Positions 27,116-38,914 of a DNA stretch of 64,000 bases are shown piece by piece. The stretch comes from Octopus vulgaris (lineage: Eukaryota). Each line of letters starts with the position of its first letter. Within the stretch, counting starts at the first letter, position 1. The notes under the pieces were generated by a model. It saw only the letters and a list, made by a program, of their open reading frames with translations, was not told the DNA's origin and did no database searches. Where the stretch lies: contig OX597831.1 in assembly GCA_951406725.2 (NCBI GenBank), positions 28,210,001-28,274,000 of the forward strand, read 5' to 3'. Both the position numbers and the translations under genes were made by a program.

Positions 27116-28169
27116 TGATCAGATTATGTATGTGTATGTGTGTACATATATATCTATATATATTTATATATACAGAGGTATATATAAGTGTGTGTGTGTA
27201 TATATATATGTGTGTGTGTGTGTGTATCGTATGTTTGTATAAAAATGTGTGTATATACATATATGTATATATGTAAATGTTTTGTATTTATGCATGTGTG
27301 TGTAAGTATTATAAATGGATAGCTGGGATGTGCATGTATGTATACACACACACACACACAGATATATGCATGCTTACATGGTTTGTATTCTACTATATGT
27401 AGGAAATCTATTATAGTCACCAATACTAATTAAATTAATCTAGAATTTAAAAAAATTTTATAACTGTCTGCATGTGCGTGTAGACATTTCTATTGTATTT
27501 ATTTCTCATATAACCTGTAGTCTAACTCGTCAAAACATTTTCAACACACCTGGCTTTCACCTGTAATCTCAACTATCTTAATACATAAAACATATAACGC
27601 ACCTGCCTAAATCTCACATGTAATCTCACCATAATGCACCTGGCTAAATTTTATTTTATCCCAAATTAGCAATACTGGTGTCTTTTATATGATCATATGA
27701 CCTGCTAGAAATAGCAGCCATATTTCCCTCAAATTGTTGTTTTAGAGCAATAACAAATCTCTGAACGAGGTATAATATGGCAAATACCATAAGAGCACAG
27801 AAAGTGTGCCTAAAGCCAGCTGGAGACGATGTTCTCCTGGGGCTACAAGCTACAGTAACACCCACCCTTAGTGGTTAGCCATATTGAGATGGCAAGTATA
27901 CCTCACATTGTTGTTTTAGACCCTATTAGAAATGAAAAGGAAACTTTGGTTCTGAGTTCAAATTCCATTGAGTTTGACTTTGCCTTTCATCCTTTTGGGG
28001 TTAATAATTTAAATATCAGTCAAACAGCATTGGGACCTACATAATTGACGCACTCTCACCCACAAAATTTCAGGCCTTGTGTCTGTAGTAGAAAGGGTTG
28101 CTGCTGTTGCTGAAGCCTGGCAGAATTATTAGCACACTGGACAAAATGATTAGCAGCATTTCATCCATC

Positions 28170-28397
28170 TTAACCCTTTCATCACCAACCTGGCTGAAAC
28201 TGGCTTGGGCTCTGAGTACAAATGCCTTGTTTTCATAAGTTTTGAATTAAAATCTTCCACCAAACTTTTGTCACAATTTATGTTCCTAACACTAGCTTAA
28301 TGATCACTAAGTTATTTTACTAAATTCTTTGTAATATTTAAAGTAATTGAAAGAAACACAGAGCATCTCAACAGAAATACAGGTACTAAAGGATTAA
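28170..28397. mobile_element. TTAA-flanked (piggyBac-like) MITE inserted into a SINE
   Basis: ttaaccctttc...aaaggattaa. The host SINE resumes on both sides. Inverted copy at 47334-47562. Confidence 0.75.
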
Positions 28398-28463
28398 TGT
28401 CTTTGAATTCAAATTCTGCCAAAGTCGATTTTTACCTTTTATCTGCTTAGATGCCTTATAGTA

Positions 28464-28781
28464 CAGGCAGTCTCAACCATTTTTTTTTTTTACCTATGAA
28501 TCCTTTCATTACTATTGTATTCTGGACCCTCATGTTTAAAAATTAGTTTTACAGAAACTTCTTTCAAAATTCCTATTTCATTTTACACAGTAACTTGTGT
28601 AGGTTGAACTATGTAAAATGTTAGAGAAAGAAACCTAACTTTTTCTTGCAATACACACCAATATATACATCTAAAACAACCTTTTTTCAGAGTCTCAGAA
28701 TATTATTGTGGATCCCCAATTTACTATTTTGCTGTGTTGGACCCCCAAAAATCTTATATGGGCCCTGGTTGAGAACCACTT
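28464..28781. mobile_element. hAT (Charlie-like) MITE
   Basis: Ends caggcagtctcaacc and ggttgagaaccact, with subterminal ggaccc motifs. Confidence 0.6.
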
Positions 28782-28939
28782 CAATAATAATAATAATTAT
28801 TATTTGATTAAAGCTCACAGTTTATTTTGTTGGGTATGATGGAAAGTGTCAGCCGTCCACAGCCAACAGACTAAGGTGACACTTATTTACTGATCATGCT
28901 TCAAGAACCCTGTGGAGAACTCTTGCAATTCCAAGTATT

Positions 28940-29150
28940 ACTCTTTTACTCTTTTACTTGTTTCAGTCATTTGACTGTGGCCATGCTGGAGCACCACCTT
29001 TAGTCTAGCAAATCGACTTATTCTTTGTAAGCCTAGTACTTATTCTATCGGTCTCTTTTGCTGAACTGCTAAGTTACTGGGACGTAAACACATCAGCAAT
29101 GGTTGTCAAGCGATGCTGGGGGGACAAACATGGACACACAAATATATACT

Positions 29151-29201
<51 letters not shown>

Positions 29202-29362
29202 GACAGGCTTCTTTCAGTTTCCGTCTACCAAATCCACTCACAAGGCTTTGGTTGGCCTGAGGCTATAATTGAAGACACTTGCCCGAGGTGTCATGCACTG
29301 GGAATGAATCCAGAACCATGTGGTTGGTAAGCAAGCTACTTACCACACAGCCACTCCTGCGC
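28940..29362 (-). mobile_element. tRNA-derived SINE family B (CORE-like) with internal microsatellite
   Basis: Head gcaggagtggctgtgtggtaag, CORE-like cctcgggcaagtgtcttc, internal (TA)n, tail gactgaaacaagtaaaagagt. Others at 4750-5105, 14640-15050, 15950-16325, 46432-46815, 46895-47245, 49885-50290, 62235-62620 (-) and 5673-6335, 39530-39872, 59200-59550, 60123-60500 (+). Confidence 0.85.
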
Positions 29363-29364
29363 TT

Positions 29365-29590
29365 GACGATTTTTGTAGGTGTTCTATCTTTACATTTGTA
29401 CCAATCTTTTTGAACCATGTTGGTAGTTGAATGCTGATATTTCCAAGCGTGCTGATTACTATTGGTATCATGTCCACTCTCTTCATTGCCCATAACCTGC
29501 CTATTACCCACTTCAAATTGTCAGAGTCCTTCAGTTTTTCTTCTTTCTCTTTGATCTTGTCAACAAGACATGCCTTGTCAATTACCATGC
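29365..29590 (-). mobile_element. R4/Dong-like LINE endonuclease fragment
   Basis: VIDKAC...KEKEEKL...LKWVIGRLWAMKRVDMIPIVISTLG. Adjacent to (ATT)n. Confidence 0.65.
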
Positions 29591-29850
29591 AAGTTTTTTT
29601 CTTTTTTCTTTATTATTATTATTAAGGCAGTGAGTTGGCAGAATTGCTACCATGCTGGACAAAATGCTTAGTAACATTTCTTCCAACTGTTTACCTTATG
29701 ACTGAGTTCAAACCCTGCTGAGGTCAACTTACGTTTTATCTTTACGGGGCTGATAAAATAAGTACCAGTTGCGCACTGGGGTCTTTGTTTTGTCCTGTAC
29801 TGTCCATAATGTTTTTCTTAAAGTAAACCCTTGTGGTTAATAAAGAAATC

Positions 29851-29883
<33 letters not shown>

Positions 29884-29886
<3 letters not shown>

Positions 29887-30062
29887 TAGTTTTATTTTTA
29901 TAGTGTGCTTTCACTTCACTACCGAGCGCAGCTCTGTGTGCCTTGGGTATGTGCTGTGATTTGTTGTGATGCTCTGATGGTTATTGTATGGAAAGTGTTC
30001 TGCGTAGGATGTGTGCAGTGCCTAGTAGTGCAATTTTCTGTATGTTATATGTGTCCAAGTCT
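29884..30062 (-). mobile_element. R4/Dong-like LINE extreme 3' end
   Basis: Minus strand NIQKIALLGTAHILRRTLSIQ plus short UTR, between two (ATT)n tracts. Confidence 0.75.
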
Positions 30063-30063
30063 A

Positions 30064-30108
<45 letters not shown>

Positions 30109-30338
30109 GTGCTATTATTATTAACAACAAGGCAGTGAGCTGACTGAATCATTAGCACGCTGGGCAACATGCTTAGCAACATTTCGTCCGTCATTACATT
30201 CGGAGTTCAAATTCTGCTGAGGTCGACACCTTTCATCTTTTCAGGGTCAATGAAATAAGTACCAGTTAAACACTGAGATCGATATAATCGACTAGTCCTC
30301 TCCCCCAAAATTTCAGGCCTTCTGCAATTAGTAGAAAG

Positions 30339-30379
<41 letters not shown>

Positions 30380-30399
30380 GGTATTTGCTTCATTTTTGT

Positions 30400-30760
30400 T
30401 TTGGCCGATGCCAGCGCTGTCTTGACTGGCTTCCGTGTCGGTGGCATGTAAAAGGCACCATACGAATCGTGGCCGAAGCCAGTGCCGCCTCGACTGGCTT
30501 CCGTGCAGGTGGCACGTAAAATGCACCAATCCGACCGTGGCCGATGCCAGCCTCGCCTGGCACCAGTGCAGGTGGCACGTAAAAAGCACCCACTACACTC
30601 ACGGAGTGGTTGGCGTTAGGAAGGGCATCCAGCTGTAGAAACATTGCCAGATAAGACCGGAGCCTGGTGCAGCCTTCTGACTTCCCAGATCCCCGGTCGA
30701 ACCGTCCAACCCTTGCTAGCATGGAGAACGGACGTTAAACGATGATGATGATGATGATGA
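30400..30760 (+). mobile_element. RTE LINE 3' UTR fragment
   Basis: Near-identical to 13621-13911, with (GAT)n tail. Confidence 0.88.
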
Positions 30761-30938
30761 TTATAATTGATTCCTGTGTAGCTTGCCCTTTTTGTGATTT
30801 TAAAAGGTAGGGACCAACCTAATAACTGTCTTCTCGAAGTACTCCCTGATTCTTCCCTTGATATTCAATCCACTCCAACCCCCCCACCCCACCAAACACC
30901 ACCACTAACCTGTTCACAAACAGATGTACGTTCGTTAG

Positions 30939-31005
30939 ATGTCAAGTCATACTGTGTTTTTACGTGGTGCTGTTTATCGCATTACCGTCTGTGGAATCTA
31001 TTTAG
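30939..31005 (+). CDS. Candidate alternative first coding exon of the NHS-like gene (MSSHTVFLRGAVYRITVCGIYL)
   Basis: ATG plus 21 further open codons, then G|gtatgt donor in phase 1, matching the acceptor at 31749. Non-repetitive, CpG-containing sequence. Confidence 0.45.
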
Positions 31006-31357
31006 GTATGTTACGCTCCACTCCACTAATACGGAACCATATGTTATGACTGGCACCACAAATGGATTAATTGCAATGGCAATGATGATGATGATGGTGA
31101 TGGTGATGATAATTGTTTTTAATTTTAGTACGTGCCAGCAGTTTTGAAGGGAGGAAACAAGTTGACTACATCTTCAATGTACTTCGCTGATATTTTATTT
31201 TATCGACCCCCAAAAGGATGAAAGGCTAAGTTGACCTAAATTTGGATTCGAGTTCAGAATGTAAAGAGCTGGAACAAATTCCTACCAAAGCATTTTTTTC
31301 TGGTGCCCTAAGAATTCTGACATCTCACCTGCTTAATAATAATAATAGTAATAATAA

Positions 31358-31461
31358 TGGGTTCAATGCCACCCAATCTGAAAAAGCATCTGAAAACCTT
31401 AGAGATACCCTACAATCTAGAGATGTATTGCAATAGTTGGCATTACTTGGAACTGCACTCA
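31358..31461 (+). mobile_element. R4/Dong-like LINE C-terminal fragment
   Basis: GSMPPNLKKHLKTLEIPYNL...ALLGTA directly after (AAT)n. Confidence 0.55.
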
Positions 31462-31492
31462 AATTTCAGGCCTTGAGCCCATAGTAGAGAAG

Positions 31493-31528
<36 letters not shown>

Positions 31529-31748
31529 TTTATTATTCCATTGGTACTTATTTTATCAACCTCGAAAGGATGAAAGACAGAGCCGACCTCAGCAGGATTT
31601 GAACTCAGAACACAGTGATGGACGAATTACCAAATGCTTAGTGATATTTTGCCTGTCGCTGCATTTTGTGTTCAAATGTTTGTTTGACTAATTTTCCCCT
31701 CTTCTTTTGGCGATTTTATTAATTTCTTTTTCTCTTTTATTCCAACAG

Positions 31749-32014
31749 CATCCATTGACTTGAAGAAATTCCACAAGAACACACCACCATTCGATGCAAA
31801 ACATGGCTACGAATGCAACCTGTTCACTGTTGAAAGCCGTCCCTGTTCTGTTAAGGATCTGTATTCTACGGCAGACATCTCTCCGTCTGAAGGACTTAGT
31901 GCATTGGATGGCATTCGTAAGGATGGCTGGAGTGGGTCGACGATGTTTAAACTTTGGCCAGTTGCTAATAAAGACATCAGTATTTCAACTCCAGATTTCA
32001 ACTCATCCAGAAAG
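31749..32014 (+). CDS. gukh: NHS-like/GUK-holder family gene, coding exon with the C-terminal part of the WAVE homology domain
   Basis: Pyrimidine tract plus ccaacag acceptor (31748) and AAG|gtaaca donor (32015). Enters in phase 1, exits in phase 0. Peptide SIDLKKFHKNTPPFDAKHGYECNLFTVESRPCSVKDLYSTA resembles the NHS/gukh N-x-F-xxxx-RP-xx-V-xx-L motif. Confidence 0.85.
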
Positions 32015-32034
32015 GTAACATCTAAACCCAATTG

Positions 32035-32104
<70 letters not shown>

Positions 32105-32123
32105 TATCATTATTATTATTATT

Positions 32124-32640
32124 GAGTGAGAGAGCAGTGCATGCCATCAAAGTGACACTAAGGTAAAATATATGAAGCTTAATATACCCATCATGACTAC
32201 TCCAGGCACATGCATCACAATCATATGTGTGGGACATGGTGATCTCATACCAAGATAAGCAACACATGAACTTGCAGGTGGGGCCCAGTTAGAATTTTCT
32301 TCAGGTTGAGTAGCCCATCCCACTCAAAAGTTCCCTAAATAAGGGTTGTTTAAGGCTGTTGAACGAAACACCCGTAAATCCGGAAGTGAATTATCCAAAC
32401 CTCAAAAAATTCCTTTCAACACACGACTGATGCTCCTCCACTATTTCTGATTGTGATCAGAAATGCACCTATCATCAGTCACTAAGGGACATGCTCAACT
32501 GGTTAATTTCAAACAACTGACAAGTAAATCTGTGGTATTGAGCTGTAGCCCATCTTTTATACCAAGTCAAAACATGTACATGATAACACTTCCAATCAGT
32601 TAAGGACAGAAGCTATGCCTGGTACTGCATCAGGGAATTT
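32124..32640. mobile_element. Interspersed element inserted in (TAT)n, possibly the non-coding end of an R4/Dong-type element
   Basis: About 520-bp complex sequence bounded on both sides by (TAT)n, with no ORF. Confidence 0.4.
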
Positions 32641-33573
32641 TATTATTATTATCATCGTTGTCATCGTCGCTGCTGTAGTTAGGCTTCCTCTCTAACTTGT
32701 TATAACTGCTGTTGCTAGTGACAAACAAAATACCTCGTGCTTATCTTCATATTCTGGGTTCAAATCACATCGGGGACTTGAGCTTTGTCTTTTATCCTTC
32801 AGGGATTAAATAAAATACTCTTTTCTATACTCTAGGCACAAGACCCAAAATTTTTGGGGAGGTGGAGTCAGTCGATTAGTTTGACACCAGTATGCAACTG
32901 GTACTTAATTTATCGACCTCGAAAGGATGAAAGGCAAAGTTGACCTCAACAGAATTTGAACTCAGAATGTAAAGACAGACGAAATACCACTAAGCATTTT
33001 GCCCTGCGTGCTAACGTTTCTGCCAGCTTGCCACCTTGGATTAAATACAATACTAGTCAACTCTTGGGGTTTGATCTTAATTGGTCTGAATACGCTTTTG
33101 TGTAGAGGTAGGTGTTAGAAGAGTTGTTGGTACCAGGATTCAATAAATGCTCTGGAATCTTGGACTAGCTGTGAAGGAGAGAAAGGATGTCAGAAAATTG
33201 TTGGAAGCTTCTGAGAAAGCAAACCATTACATCTAGCTCAAGAGAGAGGATGAACAGTGCAATAAGAACGAGCATTGAGGATGATAGAAACATCTTACTC
33301 AGAGTCACAACATTTGACTCTACAAAGCTTCTGCTCTTGTGGGGGGTGGTTTGTTGCCTACATAGGTGGGTGGCCAGCAGGCAGTTTTGGTGTCATGGTG
33401 GAAGGGGCTGAAACACCTACAGTGCTGCTTCCCCGTCTGATGAGACATGGGTTCCTTCATTCTGTGAAAATTTGTCCCTTTTGTGTTTTTACTTGTGTTT
33501 GGTCATATATACATATATGTATGTGTGTGTGTGTGTATATATATATATGTGTGTGTGTGTGTATATATATATA

Positions 33574-33606
<33 letters not shown>

Positions 33607-34311
33607 GTATGTATATACACACGCACACTGAGATACGTGTGTGTGTGTGTGTGTTTGCATATTTGCTATACATGTCATTTATACTGGGTTATATTTTCAG
33701 TGGTATTCTTACGAGAATGTCAGGTGTGTCCGTAAATGGCGACCGCCTCTACCAATTCAGGTTAGTTTGACTGCACCCTCCCCCCGACGTATACATACAC
33801 ACAGCATGTAACCCTTGCTGCTTATCTGTCGTAGAAATGTTGTGTCCTCATTTAAATTCAAAAAAATTAATTCCCTTACAAATTCATGTCCCAGTTACAG
33901 CTCTATAAGCCTTGGCTGTGTGCCGGATCTTGTTGTGGTTTTGTTGTGTTACCTGTATCAAACGTACTCCGAGTAATATGTTTGCAGTGCCTTGTAGTGC
34001 TGTTCTATATGTGCGTGTGTATAAGCCCCTGGGGGTCATGGCTGTGTATTTGTCTGCATGTTTTTTAATCATTTCGAAAGACCCCTGTTTCTTAAATTTC
34101 TATCTTTTACTTGTTTCAGTCATTAGACTGCAGCCATGCTGGGGCACCACCTTAAAAGGTTTAGTCAAATGAAATCGACCGCAATACCTATTTTTTAAGC
34201 TTCATACTTATTCTATCAATCTCTTTTTCTCAAACTGTTAAGTTATGAGGACATAAACAAACCAACAGTCGTCAAGCACTAATGGGGAACAAACGCAAAT
34301 ACAAAGACACA

Positions 34312-34370
<59 letters not shown>

Positions 34371-34665
34371 CAGGTACAATGTGGTTAATTAATTTTTTCC
34401 TCCTCCTCTACATATTTTGTAGTCACTGCATTTTCATCTATAATATTATTCTGCTTGTACCTGCAGTCTTCTTATTTTGTCTGTGTGTTACACCAAGGGA
34501 GGTAATAACTTGAATGGAGAAAAATATATAATGTGAAAACGGGGAGTCAAAGAGAGAAACAGAGATAACAGGATCAGTGAAAGAAATTTGAAAGAGAATA
34601 CACAAGAGATGAAGAAAGTTTATATTACTCTGCATTTGTGTGTTTAAATCCTAGGCTCAGTTGAG

Positions 34666-34666
<1 letters not shown>

Positions 34667-34697
<31 letters not shown>

Positions 34698-35028
34698 TGT
34701 TTAATGTCCGCTTTCCATGCTAGCATGGGTTGGACAATTTGACTGAGGACTGGCAAACCAAATGGCCGCACCAGGCTCCAATCTGACCTGGCAGAGTTTC
34801 TACAGCTGGATGCCCTTCCAAACGCCAACCACTCCAAGAGTGTAGAGGGTGCTTTTACATGCCACTAGCACAAGGGCCAGTCAGGCAGTACTGGCAACGG
34901 CCATGCTCAAATGGTGTTTTTTACGTGCCACCTGCACAGGAGCCAGTCCAGCAGCACTGGCAATGACTTCGCTCGAATGTTTTTTCATGTGCCACCAGCA
35001 CAAGTGCCAGTAAGGCACCGCTGGTAAC
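34667..35028 (-). mobile_element. RTE LINE 3' UTR fragment
   Basis: Same subfamily as 25143-25590, with (CAT)n tail. Confidence 0.8.
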
Positions 35029-35302
35029 ACAAAAGATACATCAATAGATAGTTAAGATAATGTAAAATAACCTTGTAAAATAGCTGTGGATGTTACACTT
35101 TTATCTTAAAATGGTAGGATTTCCAAAGAATTTTTTGAAATTCCTTGCTTGTGTTTAATATATTAACAGAGTGTGTTCAAATATGCTGACTTACACTGGA
35201 ATTTCCGTAGGTCCCGCTAGTTCATTATTAACTTTTGGTGGTTTCTAGTGGTGGGGGTAGAGACTTTGATCTTGTGCAGCAATGAAGAATCCAAGGCTTT
35301 AC

Positions 35303-35410
35303 TGACAGCTTCTAGGTTTACTGAGTGGTTATCTGCCTAACTAATAACTTGGCTTGACATCGCTTAACTTCTGTGATTGGACAAGAACCGATGCCTTCAG
35401 TGTGATTCCC
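35303..35410 (-). pseudogene. Degenerate 5S rRNA copy (pseudogene or SINE3 head)
   Basis: Minus strand atcacactgaaggcatcggttcttgtccaatcacagaagttaagcgatgtcaagcc...gttattagttaggcagataacc aligns by eye with metazoan 5S (CACCGGTTCTCGTCCGATCACCGAAGTTAAGCAACG...GTTAGTACTTGGATGGGTGACC). Many transitions. Confidence 0.75.
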
Positions 35411-35574
35411 AGTTCTCTTTTATTGCTGTTGTTTTTTGCTGTTGTCAAATGAGCCATTGTTTTTGTCATAATTCTGTGTACTTGTACTGTACTTTGTACT
35501 TTGTCACTCTAATCTCTCTTTTCATCTGTCATCTATGTAACAAAAACTATTATCACTATTATTATGTTTCTTGT

Positions 35575-36187
35575 TTCCATTTTGTTTTCATTTCTTGCTG
35601 AATGTCTTCCTGACACCTAGGGCAAAGAAACTCACTGTATACATTGATTGGCCATTAAAATAAATATTATTATTATTATTATTATCAGTTAAGACAATCT
35701 TTTGCACTTCCTGCTTGGATGGTAAGCCAGGGTTCATTCTTAAATAATTTTCAGTTACCGTTTTGGTCATTCCAAGTGCTCCTACAATTACTGGTATTAC
35801 AACCGTCTTGAGATACCACATCTTTTTAATTTCAATTTGTAAATCTTTGTATTTTCTGAGCTTATCAAATTCTTTTGCCAAGATATTATGGTCACAGGGT
35901 ATGCTCATGTCAATCAATAAACAAACTTTATTGTATGGGTCTTTCACAACAATATCTAGTTTATTTGCTATGATGGTCCAGTCTGTACATACCGATAAGT
36001 CCCAAAGAATAGTTACATGTTCTCCCTCAGTTACAGCCTCAGGGTGGTGCTTGTACCATTTGTCAGCAGTTTTGATTTTATAACACTGCCACACTATCCA
36101 ATGTAGATATAGGCCAACTTTGTCATATCTTGATTTGTACTCTACAGGTGCTAAAATCTTACACTCAGAGACTATGTGGTCCACTGC

Positions 36188-36190
<3 letters not shown>
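35575..36190 (-). mobile_element. R4/Dong-clade LINE 3' fragment (Zn-knuckle end and restriction-like endonuclease)
   Basis: DHIVSECKILA...KWYKHHP...ILWD...ANKLDIVV...LIDMSIP...KLRKYKDL...IPVIVGALG. Flanked and interrupted by (TAA)n. Confidence 0.85.
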
Positions 36191-36226
<36 letters not shown>

Positions 36227-36844
36227 GTTGTTGTTGTTGAACATTATTATTATTATTTAGCTAGTGAGGTGAGCTGGCTGAATTGTTAGCATGCTGGACA
36301 AATTCTTAGTGGTATTTCACTCATCTCTACATTCTGAGTTCAAATTTTGGTGAGGTTGACTTTGCCTTTCATCCTTTCCAGGTCGATAAATTTAGTACCA
36401 GTGAAACACTGGGTCAATGTAATTAACTAGTTCCCTCCTTGCAAATTTCAGGCCTTGTGCCTTTAGTAGAAAGGATTATTATAAAGGAAGGTGGCAAGCT
36501 GGCAGAATCGTTAGCATGCTGGGCAGAATGCTCTTTGCCTTTCATCGTTTTGGGGTTGATAAATTAAGTACCAGTGAAATACTTGGGTCAATGTGATTGA
36601 CTTATCCCCTCCTCCCCACAAATTTCAGGCCTTGTGCCTATAGTAGAAAGGATTATTATCATTATTATTAATTTTTTTCTTCTTCTTTCAATTTTGTTTT
36701 CCATTTCTTGCCAAGTGTCTTCCTGACACCTAGGGCAAAGGAACTTACTGTATACATTGGTAGGCCATTAAAATAAACACTATTATTATTATGAAGCAAA
36801 GGGGCAAGCTGGCAGAAAATTAGGAAAAACGTGCCGCTGACACG

Positions 36845-37086
36845 TTAAAATGCTCGAATCCGATCGTGACGATGCCGGACCCTCCGGCCCCTGTGCAGGT
36901 GGCACGTAAAAGCACCCAATCCACTCACGGAGTGGTTGGCGTTAGGAAGGGCATCCAGCCGTAGAAACTCTGCCAGATTCAGACTGGAGCCTGGAGCGGC
37001 CCCTGGCTTCCCAGACCCGGTCAAACCGTCCAACCCGTGCTAGCGCGGAAAGCGGACGTTAAACGATGATGATGATGATGATGATG
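36845..37086 (+). mobile_element. RTE LINE 3' UTR fragment
   Basis: gtggttggcgttaggaagggcatccagcc core and ggacgttaaac(gat)n end. Confidence 0.8.
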
Positions 37087-37739
37087 AAGTCGAAAATGCA
37101 CTTGGAGTCATTTAGATGTTTTATTTTTAAAAGTTTAACCGGTTTCACAGATTTTTCTGATTTTCAAAAGATAAGTAAGATAGACATGAGCTTTGCCACA
37201 AAACATTTGCAACTTAAACTCCCCATCTGAAAGACTCCTAGTGCATCTTAAACTTTTTGTTATGTGTGTGTGAGTGTGTGTGTACGCGTGTGTTTTTGTC
37301 TTGGCATTGTGTGCTAATTGTAAACAATATTACCCTCATACAAACAGTGTTGTTTGTGATATTCTACGCAAAAAAAAAAAAAAAAAAGGGTCCAGAGTTG
37401 GGGAAAATATTATCACCAAGTTTAGAAATAAGTGAGGGTTGGGTGACAGGATGAGTATCTGGAAATAGAAACTCTGCTTCAATGAATTTTTTTTGTCTGA
37501 CACACATAGAAACATGGAAGAATAAATGGTAAAATGATGACGATGATTATGGAAAGAAATGTAGTTGTTGTTGTTGTTGCTGTTATCATTGTCGTCATCA
37601 ATGTATAAATATATTTCTGTGTAGGTGTTGAACGAAAGCTAAATAAAATATTTTTGTTTTTGTTTTTGTTTTATTTCTATTTCTTTTTTTTTTTTGTCCT
37701 TGTAATGTTTCTTCTTCACTGCCCTGGTAAACAAGGAAC

Positions 37740-38482
37740 CAACGTCACCACTACCATTACTCCCAGCACCACCACCACCACCGCCACCATTGTCGTGGTC
37801 ATCATCATCATCATCATATCGCCTTCAATGCCACTGTGGCTGCTCCCACCAACACCACTTCCACCATCAATCACATTGCAGTCACAAACATCACCACAAC
37901 CACCACCACCATCACCACCACCACCATTGTCATGACCATCATCATCATCATCATATTCATCGCCCTCACCCACCTACCACCATCAATGCCACTGTACTGC
38001 CCCACCACCACCACCACTTCCACCATCACATTGTAGTCACAAACATCACTACCATCACCACAACCACCATCACTACCACCAGCACATCCATAACATTGCA
38101 ACCTCCATCATCACTACCACAGTCACCACAATCACTACCACCACCACCACCATCACCACAACCTCCAGTACTATCACCATCATCACCTCTATCACAACCT
38201 CCACCACCATCACCACTGCTATCATCATTACCACTGCTACTTTCAACTCCACCACCACCTCCACCACCACCACCACCACCACCACCACAATGCCACTACC
38301 ATCACCAATGCTACCACCACCATCACCAACAACAACGACAACAACAATGCCACCATCACTGCCATTACCATAACCTCCATCACCATACCCACAAATACCA
38401 CCATCACTATAAACACTACCACTACATCTATTATGACCATCACCACCACCACCACCACCACCACCCTAACCACCATAACCAA
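37740..38482. repeat. (CAC/CAT)n low-complexity tract
   Basis: Trinucleotide-derived sequence giving poly-H/T/P pseudo-ORFs. Similar tracts at 11640-12100 and 23060-23310. Confidence 0.9.
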
Positions 38483-38781
38483 TAAATTGTAGTGTAGGTG
38501 TTTGTTTGAGAATAGTCTGTGATATTTTCACAGTATTCCTTTTGAACATTTCTCCACAGCAAAGTGTTGAGGACTTTTTCTTAAAATACCCTCACTTCTA
38601 AGAAAATCTAATTTCCTGAATCACAGCAACACTTCTTTTTTTTGTTTTGTTTTTGTTGTTGATTGGTGTTTTGTTTTTTATTTAAGCTTTTTGTTTTATT
38701 TCCTCATATTTCCAGATACTATTGTATTTCATAGCTATTAGTGGCCAATAAAAGAATGGATTATCATTATTATTTATTATT

Positions 38782-38816
<35 letters not shown>

Positions 38817-38835
38817 AAAAATAATAATAGTAATA

Positions 38836-38914
<79 letters not shown>

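Noticed and set aside
33437-33477. CTGATGA...GAAA hammerhead candidate
   Set aside because: Stem II is out of register and there is no convincing stem I or III.
37790-38485. 231-aa His/Pro/Thr-rich ORF (also 22940-23506)
   Set aside because: (CAC)n low-complexity DNA open in several frames and on both strands, with no splice context.
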